Source: Nitrosomonadales bacterium | Lineage (GTDB): Bacteria; Pseudomonadota; Gammaproteobacteria; Burkholderiales; Nitrosomonadaceae | NCBI GenBank assembly: GCA_009886095.1 | Contig: VFJL01000003.1 | Span: forward strand, 5,479 to 69,478 | Direction: 5' to 3' | Length of the DNA stretch: 64,000 nucleotides | Shown here: one piece after another, positions 19,053 through 28,762 of the stretch | How the letters are laid out: every line of letters starts with the position of its first letter | Position numbering within the stretch: the first letter of the stretch is position 1 | The notes under the pieces: model-generated | The model's database searches: none | Seen by the model: the letters and a program-made list of their open reading frames with translations, nothing else | What the model was told of the DNA's origin: nothing | Position numbers and translations under genes: made by a program

Positions 19053-19667
19053 TTACCCGCCAAGTGTCTGATCCTGATTCTTGAACCAGGCAAGCGCATG
19101 CTCAAAATGCTGCAGATCAAAGTCTGGCCAGTATTCATCCCTGATATAGAAATCTGCGTAAACCGATTGCACCGGGAGAAAACCACTCAATCGGCGCCCT
19201 CCTCCCCAGCGTACTATCAAATCCAGACGTGAAACTTCATCTGAACGCAGGCCACCGTTTTTAAGACCAGCCAGATCCCACTCCCAGCCATAGTTAACGA
19301 GTAGATTCACTTTCATTCCGACACCCTGTCGCTGGCGAAATTCCGTTAGCTCCTTGGGAAATTGCTTCGAGGTCTCATCGCCGACAACAAGCAGCGCTGC
19401 TCCACGGCGTGCAATCTCGAAAGCGAATGCAACGGAGGCCTGGCTGAATGCCTGTTTTTGAATAGAAGGCCGTCTGGTATTGTCCTGGGTAAAACAGTAG
19501 ATGGAAGCTTCCTTGATACCGCATGCTTTACATTTCTCGTACAGCAGCAACCCCGGTTCAATACCATGAGCATATCCGGATTCTTTGGGCAAGCCGTGAT
19601 CCATGGCCCAGCGGCGATTTCCATCGGGAATGAAGCCGACGTGATGCGGAATATTATTTTTCGCCAT
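19053..19667 (-). CDS. undecaprenyl-diphosphate-synthase-family cis-prenyltransferase (short paralogue)
   Basis: HHVGFIPDGNRRWA matches the UppS HVAIIMDGNGRWA motif, and RWGGGRRLSGFLP matches the C-terminal motif. The ORF runs to 19700, but the ATG at 19667 has an AGGGG Shine-Dalgarno sequence. Confidence 0.75.
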   Translation of the reverse strand: MAKNNIPHHVGFIPDGNRRWAMDHGLPKESGYAHGIEPGLLLYEKCKACGIKEASIYCFTQDNTRRPSIQKQAFSQASVAFAFEIARRGAALLVVGDETSKQFPKELTEFRQRQGVGMKVNLLVNYGWEWDLAGLKNGGLRSDEVSRLDLIVRWGGGRRLSGFLPVQSVYADFYIRDEYWPDFDLQHFEHALAWFKNQDQTLGG

Positions 19668-19816
19668 TGCAACCCCTATGCCAGCATAAAGTAGAGTCAT
19701 CCAATACGAAGATTATCATTAAATGTGCGGATCACATCTGTTATTGAAGCGACAATCAAATGGTGGGCACCAGATTTTCATTTGCGAGTGGCGCTGCCTT
19801 ATTGCCTTTCCCCCAT

Positions 19817-20860
19817 TTAATTCCTGCGGTAAAGTACCAGAAGATACGGCAGTGTCAGAATCGCCCATAGTTCGGCCAGCAACCGGGTCAGGCCATTAAA
19901 ATTCAGCAGGTGGCCATGTCTCCAGTCGAACAGCCGCAACACTGTCGCAGACAATCCGCTTCCCATATTCAACATGGTTAGTATAATCCCCGCAATCAGA
20001 CAGGCCGTTGCCAGCCAGATCCGGGTGCGTAGTTGCAGCCGCAATACCAGCATCAGCAAGATGGCGGCGTAGCCGACCCCGGCCAGAGATTCGATAGACA
20101 ACCACTGGGATAGGGCCTCCGGCTTCAGCAGCGCCTGTGCGGCCAACCACTTAATAACAACACAGACGCTGAAGGAGATCAACGCTACGACCAGCAGTGG
20201 CCTGGCTGGCTGCAGAATTGTCGATAGCAGCACACCAAATGCAAGAGTATTGAGCAGGGTTGCGACCGTTAGTACCATATCAAAATATGCTGGACTGCTA
20301 GAAAATATTTGCCCTGACCAGACACTCATCAACGGTAGCGAAGGGTTGGCCTGGATAAACAGCCATAGTCCCAGTAGAACCAGTCCCCAATCGGCGATAC
20401 GGCCTGACAGGAACCAGTGATTTCTCCATAGCACAAGTTTCTGGATGAGGTGGGAACTGCTGCCCAGAGAATGTGCCAACACAGCGCCCGCCAGACTACC
20501 TGCCGCGTTGGTGAGCAGGTCGGGAATCGAAGCAATACGCCCAGGTACAAATACTTGCAGCGTTTCCATGCCAACACTGACAACTGCGCCAACACCGGTG
20601 GCGGCCAGTATCAGCGCTCCACCGTGTAAGCGGCGCAGGGAGAGCGCCGCCAGAAAGCCAAGAGGAAGGTAGGCGAGGATATTGATGAGGACATCAAAGC
20701 GCGTAATGTACCGCGGCCATACGGTAAGGAAATGAAACATATTGCCTTCCGGTATGCGCCAACCGGTGAAAGGCGACAGGCTAGCGTAGATGATAAGCAG
20801 CACATAGACCGGGAAGATATAAGTGTTAAGCTCGTAGCGGTCTGGCTTGGTCGATTTCAT
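19817..20860 (-). CDS. VanZ-like polytopic membrane protein
   Basis: 347-aa ORF with about 10 hydrophobic segments. The N-terminal third resembles the VanZ family (IIYASLSPF…, …SIPDLLTNAAG). Confidence 0.6.
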   Translation of the reverse strand: MKSTKPDRYELNTYIFPVYVLLIIYASLSPFTGWRIPEGNMFHFLTVWPRYITRFDVLINILAYLPLGFLAALSLRRLHGGALILAATGVGAVVSVGMETLQVFVPGRIASIPDLLTNAAGSLAGAVLAHSLGSSSHLIQKLVLWRNHWFLSGRIADWGLVLLGLWLFIQANPSLPLMSVWSGQIFSSSPAYFDMVLTVATLLNTLAFGVLLSTILQPARPLLVVALISFSVCVVIKWLAAQALLKPEALSQWLSIESLAGVGYAAILLMLVLRLQLRTRIWLATACLIAGIILTMLNMGSGLSATVLRLFDWRHGHLLNFNGLTRLLAELWAILTLPYLLVLYRRN

Positions 20861-20941
20861 GTTGGCTTCATTACGCGACAGTGCAACAGCGCCATTCTAT
20901 GACATATTTACAGCTGGTACGGAGTGACGGCGATGGGGCTA

Positions 20942-22033
20942 TCAGAGATTCCTGAGTTTTATTTCAGTCCATAATCGGCTTAATAGTCGTCGCTGCTTGC
21001 GGTCAAAGTCTTGCAGCATTTCCAGCCGGATGAGCGATTCCCCGTCGGGGAAGATCGCTTTGTTGCCGGCGATTTCCGGGTGAATGAACTGGATTGCATT
21101 CATGTTTGGATTGCCGGAGCCGATCAGGTTGGTGAGTTCTGCAGAGTTTTTCCCGTCCAACATGAAATTGATGAATTGATGGGCAAGATCCGGGCGCATT
21201 CCGCTTTGATGCAGCACCATGCTGTCAAGCGACAGCACGGCACCTTCTTTTGGTGTCGAGTAGCCGATGCTGAATTTACGCCCGGTCTTTCTGGCATCAA
21301 GTGCCGCCTGAAACATGTCGTTGGAATAGCCATGCGCCACCCACAGATTGCCCACCGCTAATTCCTTGACATAACTGGTATTGCTGAAAGCTGCCCAGTA
21401 AGGTTTAGCACGCAGGATCAAGTCTCTAGCCTGTTGCCAGTGCTCCTCGTTGGCATCGTTGACAGAGTAGCCGAGGTACTTGAGCGCAGCCGCCATCAGT
21501 TCGCGCTGGCTGTCGAGTACGGTCACGCGTCCTTTGATTTTTTCCAGATATTTCGGCTCGAAAATAATCGCCCAGCTATCGGTGGGCAGCCCGAGCTCCT
21601 TTACTTTCTCCTGATTAAAACCAAGTAGTGTAAGGGTATAAGCATAAGGGGCGGAATACTTGTTGCCCGGGTCGAATGCGCTGTTGAGGTACGCTGGGTT
21701 AATATTTTTGAGGTTGGGCAGAAGAGATTTATCCAGCGACTTCAGTACGCCTTGACGGATCAAGGTGTCCATGGCGTTGCCGGTGGGTACGATGAGATCA
21801 TAACCGATTGCGCCTGCTGCCAACTTTGCCAGCATTTCCTCATTGTCGGAATAATAGTCCCGCGCGAGCTTGCAGTTACAGGATTGTTCGAAGCGTTTAA
21901 CTGTCTCCGGCGCAATGTAGTTATTCCAATTGAATAGATGCAGAATATTTTCTCCTGCGGCGACGGAAACAATATGCTCTTCCTGCCTGCTACAGCCTGC
22001 GATGAGCAGCGCTGACAAGATCAGCATGGCCAT
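20942..22033 (-). CDS. potD: polyamine (spermidine/putrescine) ABC transporter substrate-binding protein
   Basis: PotD/PotF-like (…LHLFNWNNYIAPE…). The ORF runs to 22129, but the Met at 22033 gives a lipoprotein-type signal MAMLILSALLIAGCS. Confidence 0.8.
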   Translation of the reverse strand: MAMLILSALLIAGCSRQEEHIVSVAAGENILHLFNWNNYIAPETVKRFEQSCNCKLARDYYSDNEEMLAKLAAGAIGYDLIVPTGNAMDTLIRQGVLKSLDKSLLPNLKNINPAYLNSAFDPGNKYSAPYAYTLTLLGFNQEKVKELGLPTDSWAIIFEPKYLEKIKGRVTVLDSQRELMAAALKYLGYSVNDANEEHWQQARDLILRAKPYWAAFSNTSYVKELAVGNLWVAHGYSNDMFQAALDARKTGRKFSIGYSTPKEGAVLSLDSMVLHQSGMRPDLAHQFINFMLDGKNSAELTNLIGSGNPNMNAIQFIHPEIAGNKAIFPDGESLIRLEMLQDFDRKQRRLLSRLWTEIKLRNL

Positions 22034-22163
22034 GAGTCTGGCTACCACATAAAAAGTACGGCAGCCCGCACGGCACTTATTCAGAAATTGCTTAAAATAG
22101 GGGTTGTGTGTCATTCCATTACGACACATTTACAGGGTGCGGTATAGAGCATCCTGGCATCTA

Positions 22164-22946
22164 TCACTTTGTTCCTCTTCGCAGCACACTCGAATCCAGT
22201 TTGGAGGCAATGATGATCATGGTCAATGTGAGCAACATCAACAGAGTGGAGATGGCATTTACTTCTGGCGTCACCGCGACCTTGATCATGGTGTAAATCT
22301 GAATCGGCAAAATCGGTTCGCCCACACCTTTGGTGAAGAAGGTAATAACAAAATCGTCGATGGACAGGGTGAACGACATCAGTCCACCTGCAACCACTGC
22401 CGGCATAATCAGAGGCAGCGTGATCAGGCGGAAGGTTTGCCAAGGGGACGCGCCCAGATCACGGGCTGCTTCAAAGATGCTTTCATCCATGCCTTGCAAC
22501 CGTGCCCTCACTATGATGGCGGCAAACCCGATACAGAATGTGGTATGCGCGATGATGATAGAGATCATGCCAAGTGTCAGATTGAGTACCTGCAAAAAAA
22601 ATAATAGCAACGCCACCCCCAGCAGAATTTCAGGCATCGCTACTGGCGTGAATACCAGCACCGGCAGAAATTTAAGCTTGTACCGGTGTATCGCCAAGCC
22701 AGCCATAGTGCCAAGTATCGTGGCACAAAAACTCGCACTGACAGCTATGATCAGTGAATTGCGCGCGGCGGTGAGCATTTCATGGTTGTTGAACAGCGCT
22801 TTATACCAGGATAGCGTAAAACCCACCCACTCGGCGTTCAGCTTGGAGTCGTTAAATGAATACACCACCACGATAACCAGCGGGATGTAAAGAAAAGCAT
22901 AGACCGGCACTGCTGCAAACCATAGCCAGATATTGCTACGCCGCAT
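22164..22946 (-). CDS. potC: polyamine ABC transporter permease
   Basis: 6-TM permease with an EAARDLGAS EAA loop. The ORF runs to a GTG at 22988. The ATG at 22946 is preceded by GGAGA. Confidence 0.8.
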   Translation of the reverse strand: MRRSNIWLWFAAVPVYAFLYIPLVIVVVYSFNDSKLNAEWVGFTLSWYKALFNNHEMLTAARNSLIIAVSASFCATILGTMAGLAIHRYKLKFLPVLVFTPVAMPEILLGVALLLFFLQVLNLTLGMISIIIAHTTFCIGFAAIIVRARLQGMDESIFEAARDLGASPWQTFRLITLPLIMPAVVAGGLMSFTLSIDDFVITFFTKGVGEPILPIQIYTMIKVAVTPEVNAISTLLMLLTLTMIIIASKLDSSVLRRGTK

Positions 22947-23027
22947 GCTTTGTCTCTCCAGAATGGCATGTAGACTCGTTGCTGCCACAAGCAGCCGATT
23001 GTGAGAAGCATGTCTGTTCCCTCAATT

Positions 23028-23975
23028 TCACTCTGTCTCCGTTACGCTACGCTGCCTGGTGGCTAGTTGTGCAAACCATGCGGCTAATCCGGTAATGGCC
23101 AATACCGCCAGCGTCAGCATGATCGATAGCGCCGAACCAAAAGGCCAGTCACGAGTGCCGAGAAATTGATCTTTAATCAGATTGCCGACGAGAATGTCGC
23201 CGGTACCGCCGAGTATGTCTGGTACCGCGAACATACCCAGTACCGGGATGAATACCAGCGCCGAACCTGAAAACACGCCCGGCAGCGACAGTGGCCAGGT
23301 GACGTGCCAGAAACGTTGCCATGCGTCAGCACCCAGATCCTGTGCTGCATCCAGCAGCGCTGGATCGTGTTTCTCCAGATTCGTATAGAGCGGCAGCACC
23401 ATGAATGGCAGATGCACATAAACCATGCCCACCAGAACTGCGAACGGCGAGAATAACAATGTCACCGGGGCGATCCCGAACGCACCCAAAACCGTATTGA
23501 TAAAATGACTGAGTACTGATTCGGGGCCAAGAATAATCATCCAGGCATAAATGCGGATGAGAAAATTACTGGCAAACGGCAGCACTACCAGCAGCACCAT
23601 CAAGTTGCGGAAACGTTTTTCGCTACGCGCGATCAGCAGTGCCAGCGGATAAGCCATGATAAGACAGATAAGCGTGCTGACTGCAGCGACACCAAAGGAT
23701 TTGAGGAAGATTTCAGCGTACAGAATATCGCTAAAAAAGAACTGGTAGGTCTCCAGTGTCAGGCCATACTCGCCGCTGACCGCTTCCGCAGGCGCTGTGA
23801 TCGGTGCCAACCCACCAAATTCGCCTGGAAAGCGGAGCGAGGTGAAGAGCATAATTATGCTGGGAGCGACAAAAAATACCAGCAGGAATAGCAGCGGCGG
23901 TCCGCTTACCAGCCATTTTGCGGCATGGTTTGCTTTGGTGCTATTTTTAATCATTGAGAAAAATGCCCGCATCAT
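23028..23975 (-). CDS. potB: polyamine ABC transporter permease
   Basis: 315-aa permease with a DAAQDLGAD EAA loop. The start may be an internal Met at 23954, just after the potA stop. Confidence 0.8.
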   Translation of the reverse strand: MMRAFFSMIKNSTKANHAAKWLVSGPPLLFLLVFFVAPSIIMLFTSLRFPGEFGGLAPITAPAEAVSGEYGLTLETYQFFFSDILYAEIFLKSFGVAAVSTLICLIMAYPLALLIARSEKRFRNLMVLLVVLPFASNFLIRIYAWMIILGPESVLSHFINTVLGAFGIAPVTLLFSPFAVLVGMVYVHLPFMVLPLYTNLEKHDPALLDAAQDLGADAWQRFWHVTWPLSLPGVFSGSALVFIPVLGMFAVPDILGGTGDILVGNLIKDQFLGTRDWPFGSALSIMLTLAVLAITGLAAWFAQLATRQRSVTETE

Positions 23976-25032
23976 GTCGCCAGGAGACCGCTACCGGATC
24001 ACCCGCTTCAAAAAACTTGGCTCGTCCCGGTGCAGAATTGGGCAGCAGAGCCTCGATGCTGGCACCGTTGGAGAGTTCCACGATATAAGTGGTGACATCA
24101 CCCACGTAGAGGAAGCCCTGCACCTTGCCGAGGAAATGGTTTTTTAGTTCCGTTTCCTCCGCATGATGTGAGATTCGTACCTGCTCTGGACGAATCGCCA
24201 TCACCCCTGTATCACCTACTCTGACACCTTCCTTGCTGGGGGCGGTTACTTCACCGAGTCCAGCCACCATGAGCTTCAAATGCGATGGGGCGGCCTCCAG
24301 TACTTGCGCGTTTATCATGCTGATCTTGCCGATAAAGTCGGCAACAAAACGATTTCTGGGAAAACCGTAGATTCTGGATGGCTCGTCAAGTTGCTCGATA
24401 TTGCCCTGATTCATCACTGCGATGCGGTGCGACAGTGCCAGCGCCTCATTCTGGGCATGGGTGATGAACACGAATGTAACTCCCATGTCTTTTTGCAGAT
24501 TAATCAGCTCGATCTGCATCTCCTCCCGCAACTTTGCATCCAATGCGCCCAGCGGCTCATCCAGTAGCAGCAGGCGTGGACGATTGACCAGTCCCCGGGC
24601 GAATGCTACGCGTTGCTTCTGTCCACCTGACAACTCCTCCGGGAAACGGTTACCAAAATTTGACAGACGCACATCGTCCAATGCCTCTCTGACTCTGGAT
24701 TTTATTTCATCAGGTGTTTTACCGGCCATCCTGAGAGGAAAAGCGATATTGTCTGCTACGGTCATGTGCGGAAACAGCGCATAACTCTGAAACACGGTAT
24801 GAATGGGACGTTTTTCCGAGGGGGTGTTAACCATATCCTTGCCATCCAGCAAGATCTGGCCGGAGTCAGGCAGATCGAAACCGGCAATCATGCGCAGTAA
24901 TGTGGTTTTGCCGCAACCGGAAGGTCCTAGCAGAGTGAAGAATTCACCTGCCTCGATACTAATGCTGACGTTATCTACTGCGATGAAATCGCCAAAGCGT
25001 CGTGTCACATTACGGATTTCAAGCAGCGCCAT
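23947..25032 (-). CDS. potA: polyamine ABC transporter ATP-binding protein
   Basis: 361-aa ORF with Walker A GPSGCGKTT, signature LSGGQKQR, Walker B LLLLDEP and a C-terminal TOBE-like domain. Confidence 0.9.
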   Translation of the reverse strand: MALLEIRNVTRRFGDFIAVDNVSISIEAGEFFTLLGPSGCGKTTLLRMIAGFDLPDSGQILLDGKDMVNTPSEKRPIHTVFQSYALFPHMTVADNIAFPLRMAGKTPDEIKSRVREALDDVRLSNFGNRFPEELSGGQKQRVAFARGLVNRPRLLLLDEPLGALDAKLREEMQIELINLQKDMGVTFVFITHAQNEALALSHRIAVMNQGNIEQLDEPSRIYGFPRNRFVADFIGKISMINAQVLEAAPSHLKLMVAGLGEVTAPSKEGVRVGDTGVMAIRPEQVRISHHAEETELKNHFLGKVQGFLYVGDVTTYIVELSNGASIEALLPNSAPGRAKFFEAGDPVAVSWRHDAGIFLND

Positions 25033-25345
25033 AGTTCAGCCTGGATACTTCATCAGACCAGCCAAGAAATTATTGTGCGCGGTATGAATAATGACATTTG
25101 GCAAATGGAACTGAAATTCGGCTTGCATCGTCGGCCTCCGCAGGTGCTGACTGGCATCTTGCAGTATCTTTGTACCCTTCTGCTTCGCGCCAATAGACTC
25201 GACTACTGGCTTGGCACAGAATGTGTAAATAGACTCGCAAACCACTTCACTATCATCCTGCAATCCGGTGAGTTATTCGGGTAAGCCGTTTAATAACCCA
25301 GGATTCTACCAAAATATATCTGTGAATTAACCTGGCCTATCCCTG

Positions 25346-26857
25346 TTACCACATATGCCAAAGCAGTAATGCCGCCAGCAACAGCACGAGGACGAATAAC
25401 AAACGGCTTTGGCGTTTTTCTTCCATGAGTAATTCGGCCATTCTCTCCTCCAGCATCTGCGCGCGATTGTCGCTCAGGGCATGGTGCAACAGACGCGGAA
25501 ACTGTGGCAACAGCACTGCCCAATTAGGTATTTCCTTGCCCAAGCGACGCACCAGTCCACGCCAGCCGATTTGCTCCGACATCCAGTTTTCCAGGTATGG
25601 TTTAGCAGTTGTCCACAAATCGAGATCAGGATCGAGATCACGCCCTAGTCCCTCGATATTCAGCAGTGTTTTTTGCAACAGCACCAGTTGCGGCTGGATT
25701 TCCACATTGAAACGACGCGAAGTCTGGAATAGCTGCAACAACACGTGCCCAAAGGAAATCTCCTTCAGTGGCTTGTCAAAGATCGGCTCACACACGGCGC
25801 GGATCGCGGTTTCAAAGTCATCTACCCGTGTATTCTTCGGCGCCCAACCCGCTTCGACATGCGCCTGCGCCACGCGCTTATAGTCGCGACGAAAAAACGC
25901 CAGGAAATTTTGTGCCAGGTAATTCTTATCCTCGTCAGTGAGTGTCCCCATGATGCCGAAATCAACCGCGATGTAGCGGCTATCACTGCCTACAAAAATA
26001 TTACCGGGGTGCATATCAGCATGAAAATAACCGTCGCGGAATACCTGGGTGAAAAAGATTTCCACCCCGACGCGAGCGAGCTTGGGAATGTCTACACCCT
26101 GTTCACGCAGTTTTGCTACATGGCTGATGGGTGTGCCTTTCATGCGCTGCATTACCATAACGTTGGAATGACAGTAATCCCAATAGACTTCTGGCACCAG
26201 TAGCAGCGGCGAGTCAAGAAAATTGCGCCGCAACTGGCTGCAGTTGGCCGCTTCACGCATGAGATCAAGTTCATCATTCAGGTGTCGCGCAAATTCAACC
26301 ACCACTTCGCGTGGTTTCAGGCGTTTGCCATCCGGCCACAAAGCTTCGACCAACCATGCACCAGTTTCCATTAAAGCGACATCATGTGCGATGATCGGAG
26401 CGATGCCAGGTCGTAGTATTTTTACTGCTACTTCCGTGCCATCGTGCAACTCCGCCATATGTACTTGAGCGACTGAGGCGCTAGCTATCGGCTCAGCCTC
26501 AAACTTGTGGAATACTTCGCTGGCAGGTTTGCCATAGACCTGTTCAAGCATGGCGAGGGCGATACTGGAAGCAAATGGCGGAACCTGATCCTGAAGCTTG
26601 GCCAACTCATCAGCAATATCTTCCGGCAGTAAGTCACGGCGGGTGGAAAGCACCTGACCAAACTTGACGAAAAGGGGACCGAGCGCCTCCAATGCCAGAC
26701 GCAGGCGCTCGCCACGCGGCTTCTCCAGTCGTCGCCAGAACGTTACAAGCTTGACCAGTGGCTGCAATGCATGCAATCGTCCTTGGCTGAGAAAAAACTC
26801 ATCGAGGCCAAAACGAAATGCTACAGCGAGTATTTTGAGAAGACGAAAGAAACGCAT
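25346..26857 (-). CDS. ubiB: ubiquinone biosynthesis regulatory protein kinase UbiB
   Basis: 503-aa ABC1/UbiB-family ORF ([22 protein letters not shown]) with a C-terminal TM segment. Confidence 0.93.
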   Translation of the reverse strand: MRFFRLLKILAVAFRFGLDEFFLSQGRLHALQPLVKLVTFWRRLEKPRGERLRLALEALGPLFVKFGQVLSTRRDLLPEDIADELAKLQDQVPPFASSIALAMLEQVYGKPASEVFHKFEAEPIASASVAQVHMAELHDGTEVAVKILRPGIAPIIAHDVALMETGAWLVEALWPDGKRLKPREVVVEFARHLNDELDLMREAANCSQLRRNFLDSPLLLVPEVYWDYCHSNVMVMQRMKGTPISHVAKLREQGVDIPKLARVGVEIFFTQVFRDGYFHADMHPGNIFVGSDSRYIAVDFGIMGTLTDEDKNYLAQNFLAFFRRDYKRVAQAHVEAGWAPKNTRVDDFETAIRAVCEPIFDKPLKEISFGHVLLQLFQTSRRFNVEIQPQLVLLQKTLLNIEGLGRDLDPDLDLWTTAKPYLENWMSEQIGWRGLVRRLGKEIPNWAVLLPQFPRLLHHALSDNRAQMLEERMAELLMEEKRQSRLLFVLVLLLAALLLWHMW

Positions 26858-26905
26858 TTATTCCAGGAACGGAAATTTATCCGTAGCCAAATATTCTTCC
26901 CAGGT

Positions 26906-27490
26906 TTATAGAGATGCCCGATTGCTTAATTTTTCCACGCGTTTTTCCAACTGTTCCGCATTCTCGTGTAATGCATTCACATCACAAATGAACTTATGTA
27001 CATAAGCGGGTTTGGCGAGCAGCGGCTGCTCCTCCGTCCAGTATTCCGCTAGCGTTTGCGACAGGTTGCGAATAGTTTCAGTGTGCCACTGCACCAGACT
27101 ATCTCCAGCCTGCACCACGCGGTGGGCGAGGATGTCACCCATGACGTGGCTTAAATCCTGTTCCACATCCCAGTGCAGGTTTTTGCCAATATGGAGCAAT
27201 TCTTCAGCAAAATTGCTGTCACCAGAAATCAGGATTTTACGATAGGCATCTTCGTCACGGGCAAGTAAACGTGGCAGTAAACCCGGAACAAAGGTAAGGG
27301 TGGCATCGATTGCAGTAGCCTCCGCCGCAGCCGATATCTCACCGCTAGGCTGCACGACCAAGGAGAAGTCAATGAAGGGTGGAATGCAAAAACGCACGGT
27401 CTTACCAGCGCAGGGCTGCAGTCGTTTGCGCGCCCAGTTTTCTCCACGCAGCAGGTGGTTGAACGGGGCTATCGCGATAGACGCCAGCAT
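26906..27490 (-). CDS. ubiJ: ubiquinone biosynthesis accessory factor UbiJ (SCP2 domain)
   Basis: 194-aa ORF immediately upstream of ubiB. The N-terminal NHLLRGENWARKRLQPCAGKTVRF resembles UbiJ/YigP. The call rests largely on position. Confidence 0.65.
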   Translation of the reverse strand: MLASIAIAPFNHLLRGENWARKRLQPCAGKTVRFCIPPFIDFSLVVQPSGEISAAAEATAIDATLTFVPGLLPRLLARDEDAYRKILISGDSNFAEELLHIGKNLHWDVEQDLSHVMGDILAHRVVQAGDSLVQWHTETIRNLSQTLAEYWTEEQPLLAKPAYVHKFICDVNALHENAEQLEKRVEKLSNRASL

Positions 27491-27502
27491 GGCTTGAAAA
27501 AC

Positions 27503-28357
27503 CTAAGAAACTTGTTGAATTCCGGCCAGCAACCAAACGGATTCAGGATCTTTGAGATTTTTCTGCACATGCCAGATCTCATCAAATGTTTCTGGTGATG
27601 CGCCGGGGGCATCACGCAGCTGGCCATTGAAGTGTACGCTGGCGATAGCCTGATCATCTGTGGTAACTACTTCCAGCAGCTCCGCATTAATAGAGAGTAT
27701 TTCTGTTTTTTGTGGTTCGTCACCACGCTCACTGATTTGCATGCTGATCTCGGCGTACATCTCTGGCGTGGTGTACTCGCGGATATCATTCAAATCACGC
27801 GCATCGTTGGCTGCTTGCAAGCGAATGAAGGAGGTTTTGGCATTGCGCAGAAACGGCTCCACCTGGAAATCCGCAGGAATATTTGCGGCGTGGGGAGTAG
27901 GTGCCACTGCTGCGGCAGTCCCCGTTCCCATTGTTGTAGTTGGTGTCACACCGCTGTCGCCGGTGTTCGCACCCATCCCGGAATACTGTAGCGGACGCGT
28001 CACCTGTTCCTGCCGAGATTTACGCATCATGCGCACGACAAAGAAAACTGCGGCCATCAGTGCGGCCAGCATCAGCACGTCCATCATATTAATGCCCTCA
28101 AATGCGCCGCCCATAAACAGCGCCGCCAGCAAGCCCCCGGCGGCCAGACCAGCCAATGGCCCCGCCCATTTGCTGCCACCGGCTGCTGCTGCAGCCGGTG
28201 CGGTCGCAGTTGGCGATTTGGGAGCGGCTTGCGGGCTGATGGATTGACGTTGCTGACCAATGCTCTTGCCACCACCAAAACGTTTCGCTTCTGCATCAAA
28301 AGCGACCAAGCCGAAGCTAAGGACGGCCAAGGTCAGCAGGGTCAGTATTTTGTTCAT
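27503..28357 (-). CDS. Tim44-like domain protein
   Basis: Signal/TM segment, an Ala/Gly-rich linker, a second TM, and a C-terminal Tim44-like domain (FLRNAKTSFIRLQAANDARDLNDIREYTTPEMY). The ATG at 28357 is preceded by GGAGA. The ORF runs to 28381. Confidence 0.8.
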   Translation of the reverse strand: MNKILTLLTLAVLSFGLVAFDAEAKRFGGGKSIGQQRQSISPQAAPKSPTATAPAAAAAGGSKWAGPLAGLAAGGLLAALFMGGAFEGINMMDVLMLAALMAAVFFVVRMMRKSRQEQVTRPLQYSGMGANTGDSGVTPTTTMGTGTAAAVAPTPHAANIPADFQVEPFLRNAKTSFIRLQAANDARDLNDIREYTTPEMYAEISMQISERGDEPQKTEILSINAELLEVVTTDDQAIASVHFNGQLRDAPGASPETFDEIWHVQKNLKDPESVWLLAGIQQVS

Positions 28358-28496
28358 GAGGGTCTCCAGTGGTACGATCAAAACGGTGAGTATAGCACTA
28401 TCGATTCACCTGGATGTCCCGTAAATTGAGCCTGTAAATCGAATCTGAATCCAGCAGCAGGATGAGATGGAACTGGGCGTTTCTATCCACGCAAGT

Positions 28497-28648
28497 AATT
28501 CCAATTCCAGTTTAAAAGTGAAACGAAGCGATGACGGACGAACGCCGCAGACAGCACCCCCAGGAGGACTTCCTTCGGGGCAGATAGAATAGTATGGTCA
28601 TGCACGAGTGAGGACGTTAACGAAATATCGCTAATGAAATGGGATAAG
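28497..28648 (-). repeat. dispersed intergenic repeat family A, copy 3 (inverted orientation)
   Basis: Its reverse complement aligns along the full length of copy 2, including the central aaggaagtcctc segment. Confidence 0.8.
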
Positions 28649-28762
28649 GTGCAATGATGCAGAATAGGTGCTGTTCTATTCCAGAAAATTGCAACGCAGC
28701 AAGCATTTTATTCTGTCAACAGCGCGCTCCATTGAGTGCTTACCGAGTAGCCGAGTACTTGT

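Noticed and set aside
25036-25263. 75-aa ORF and other ORFs in the 313-nt potA-ubiB spacer. The region was also checked for a riboswitch-like leader of the pot operon.
   Set aside because: No motifs and no convincing RBS. I saw no conserved riboswitch core sequences. It is left as intergenic.
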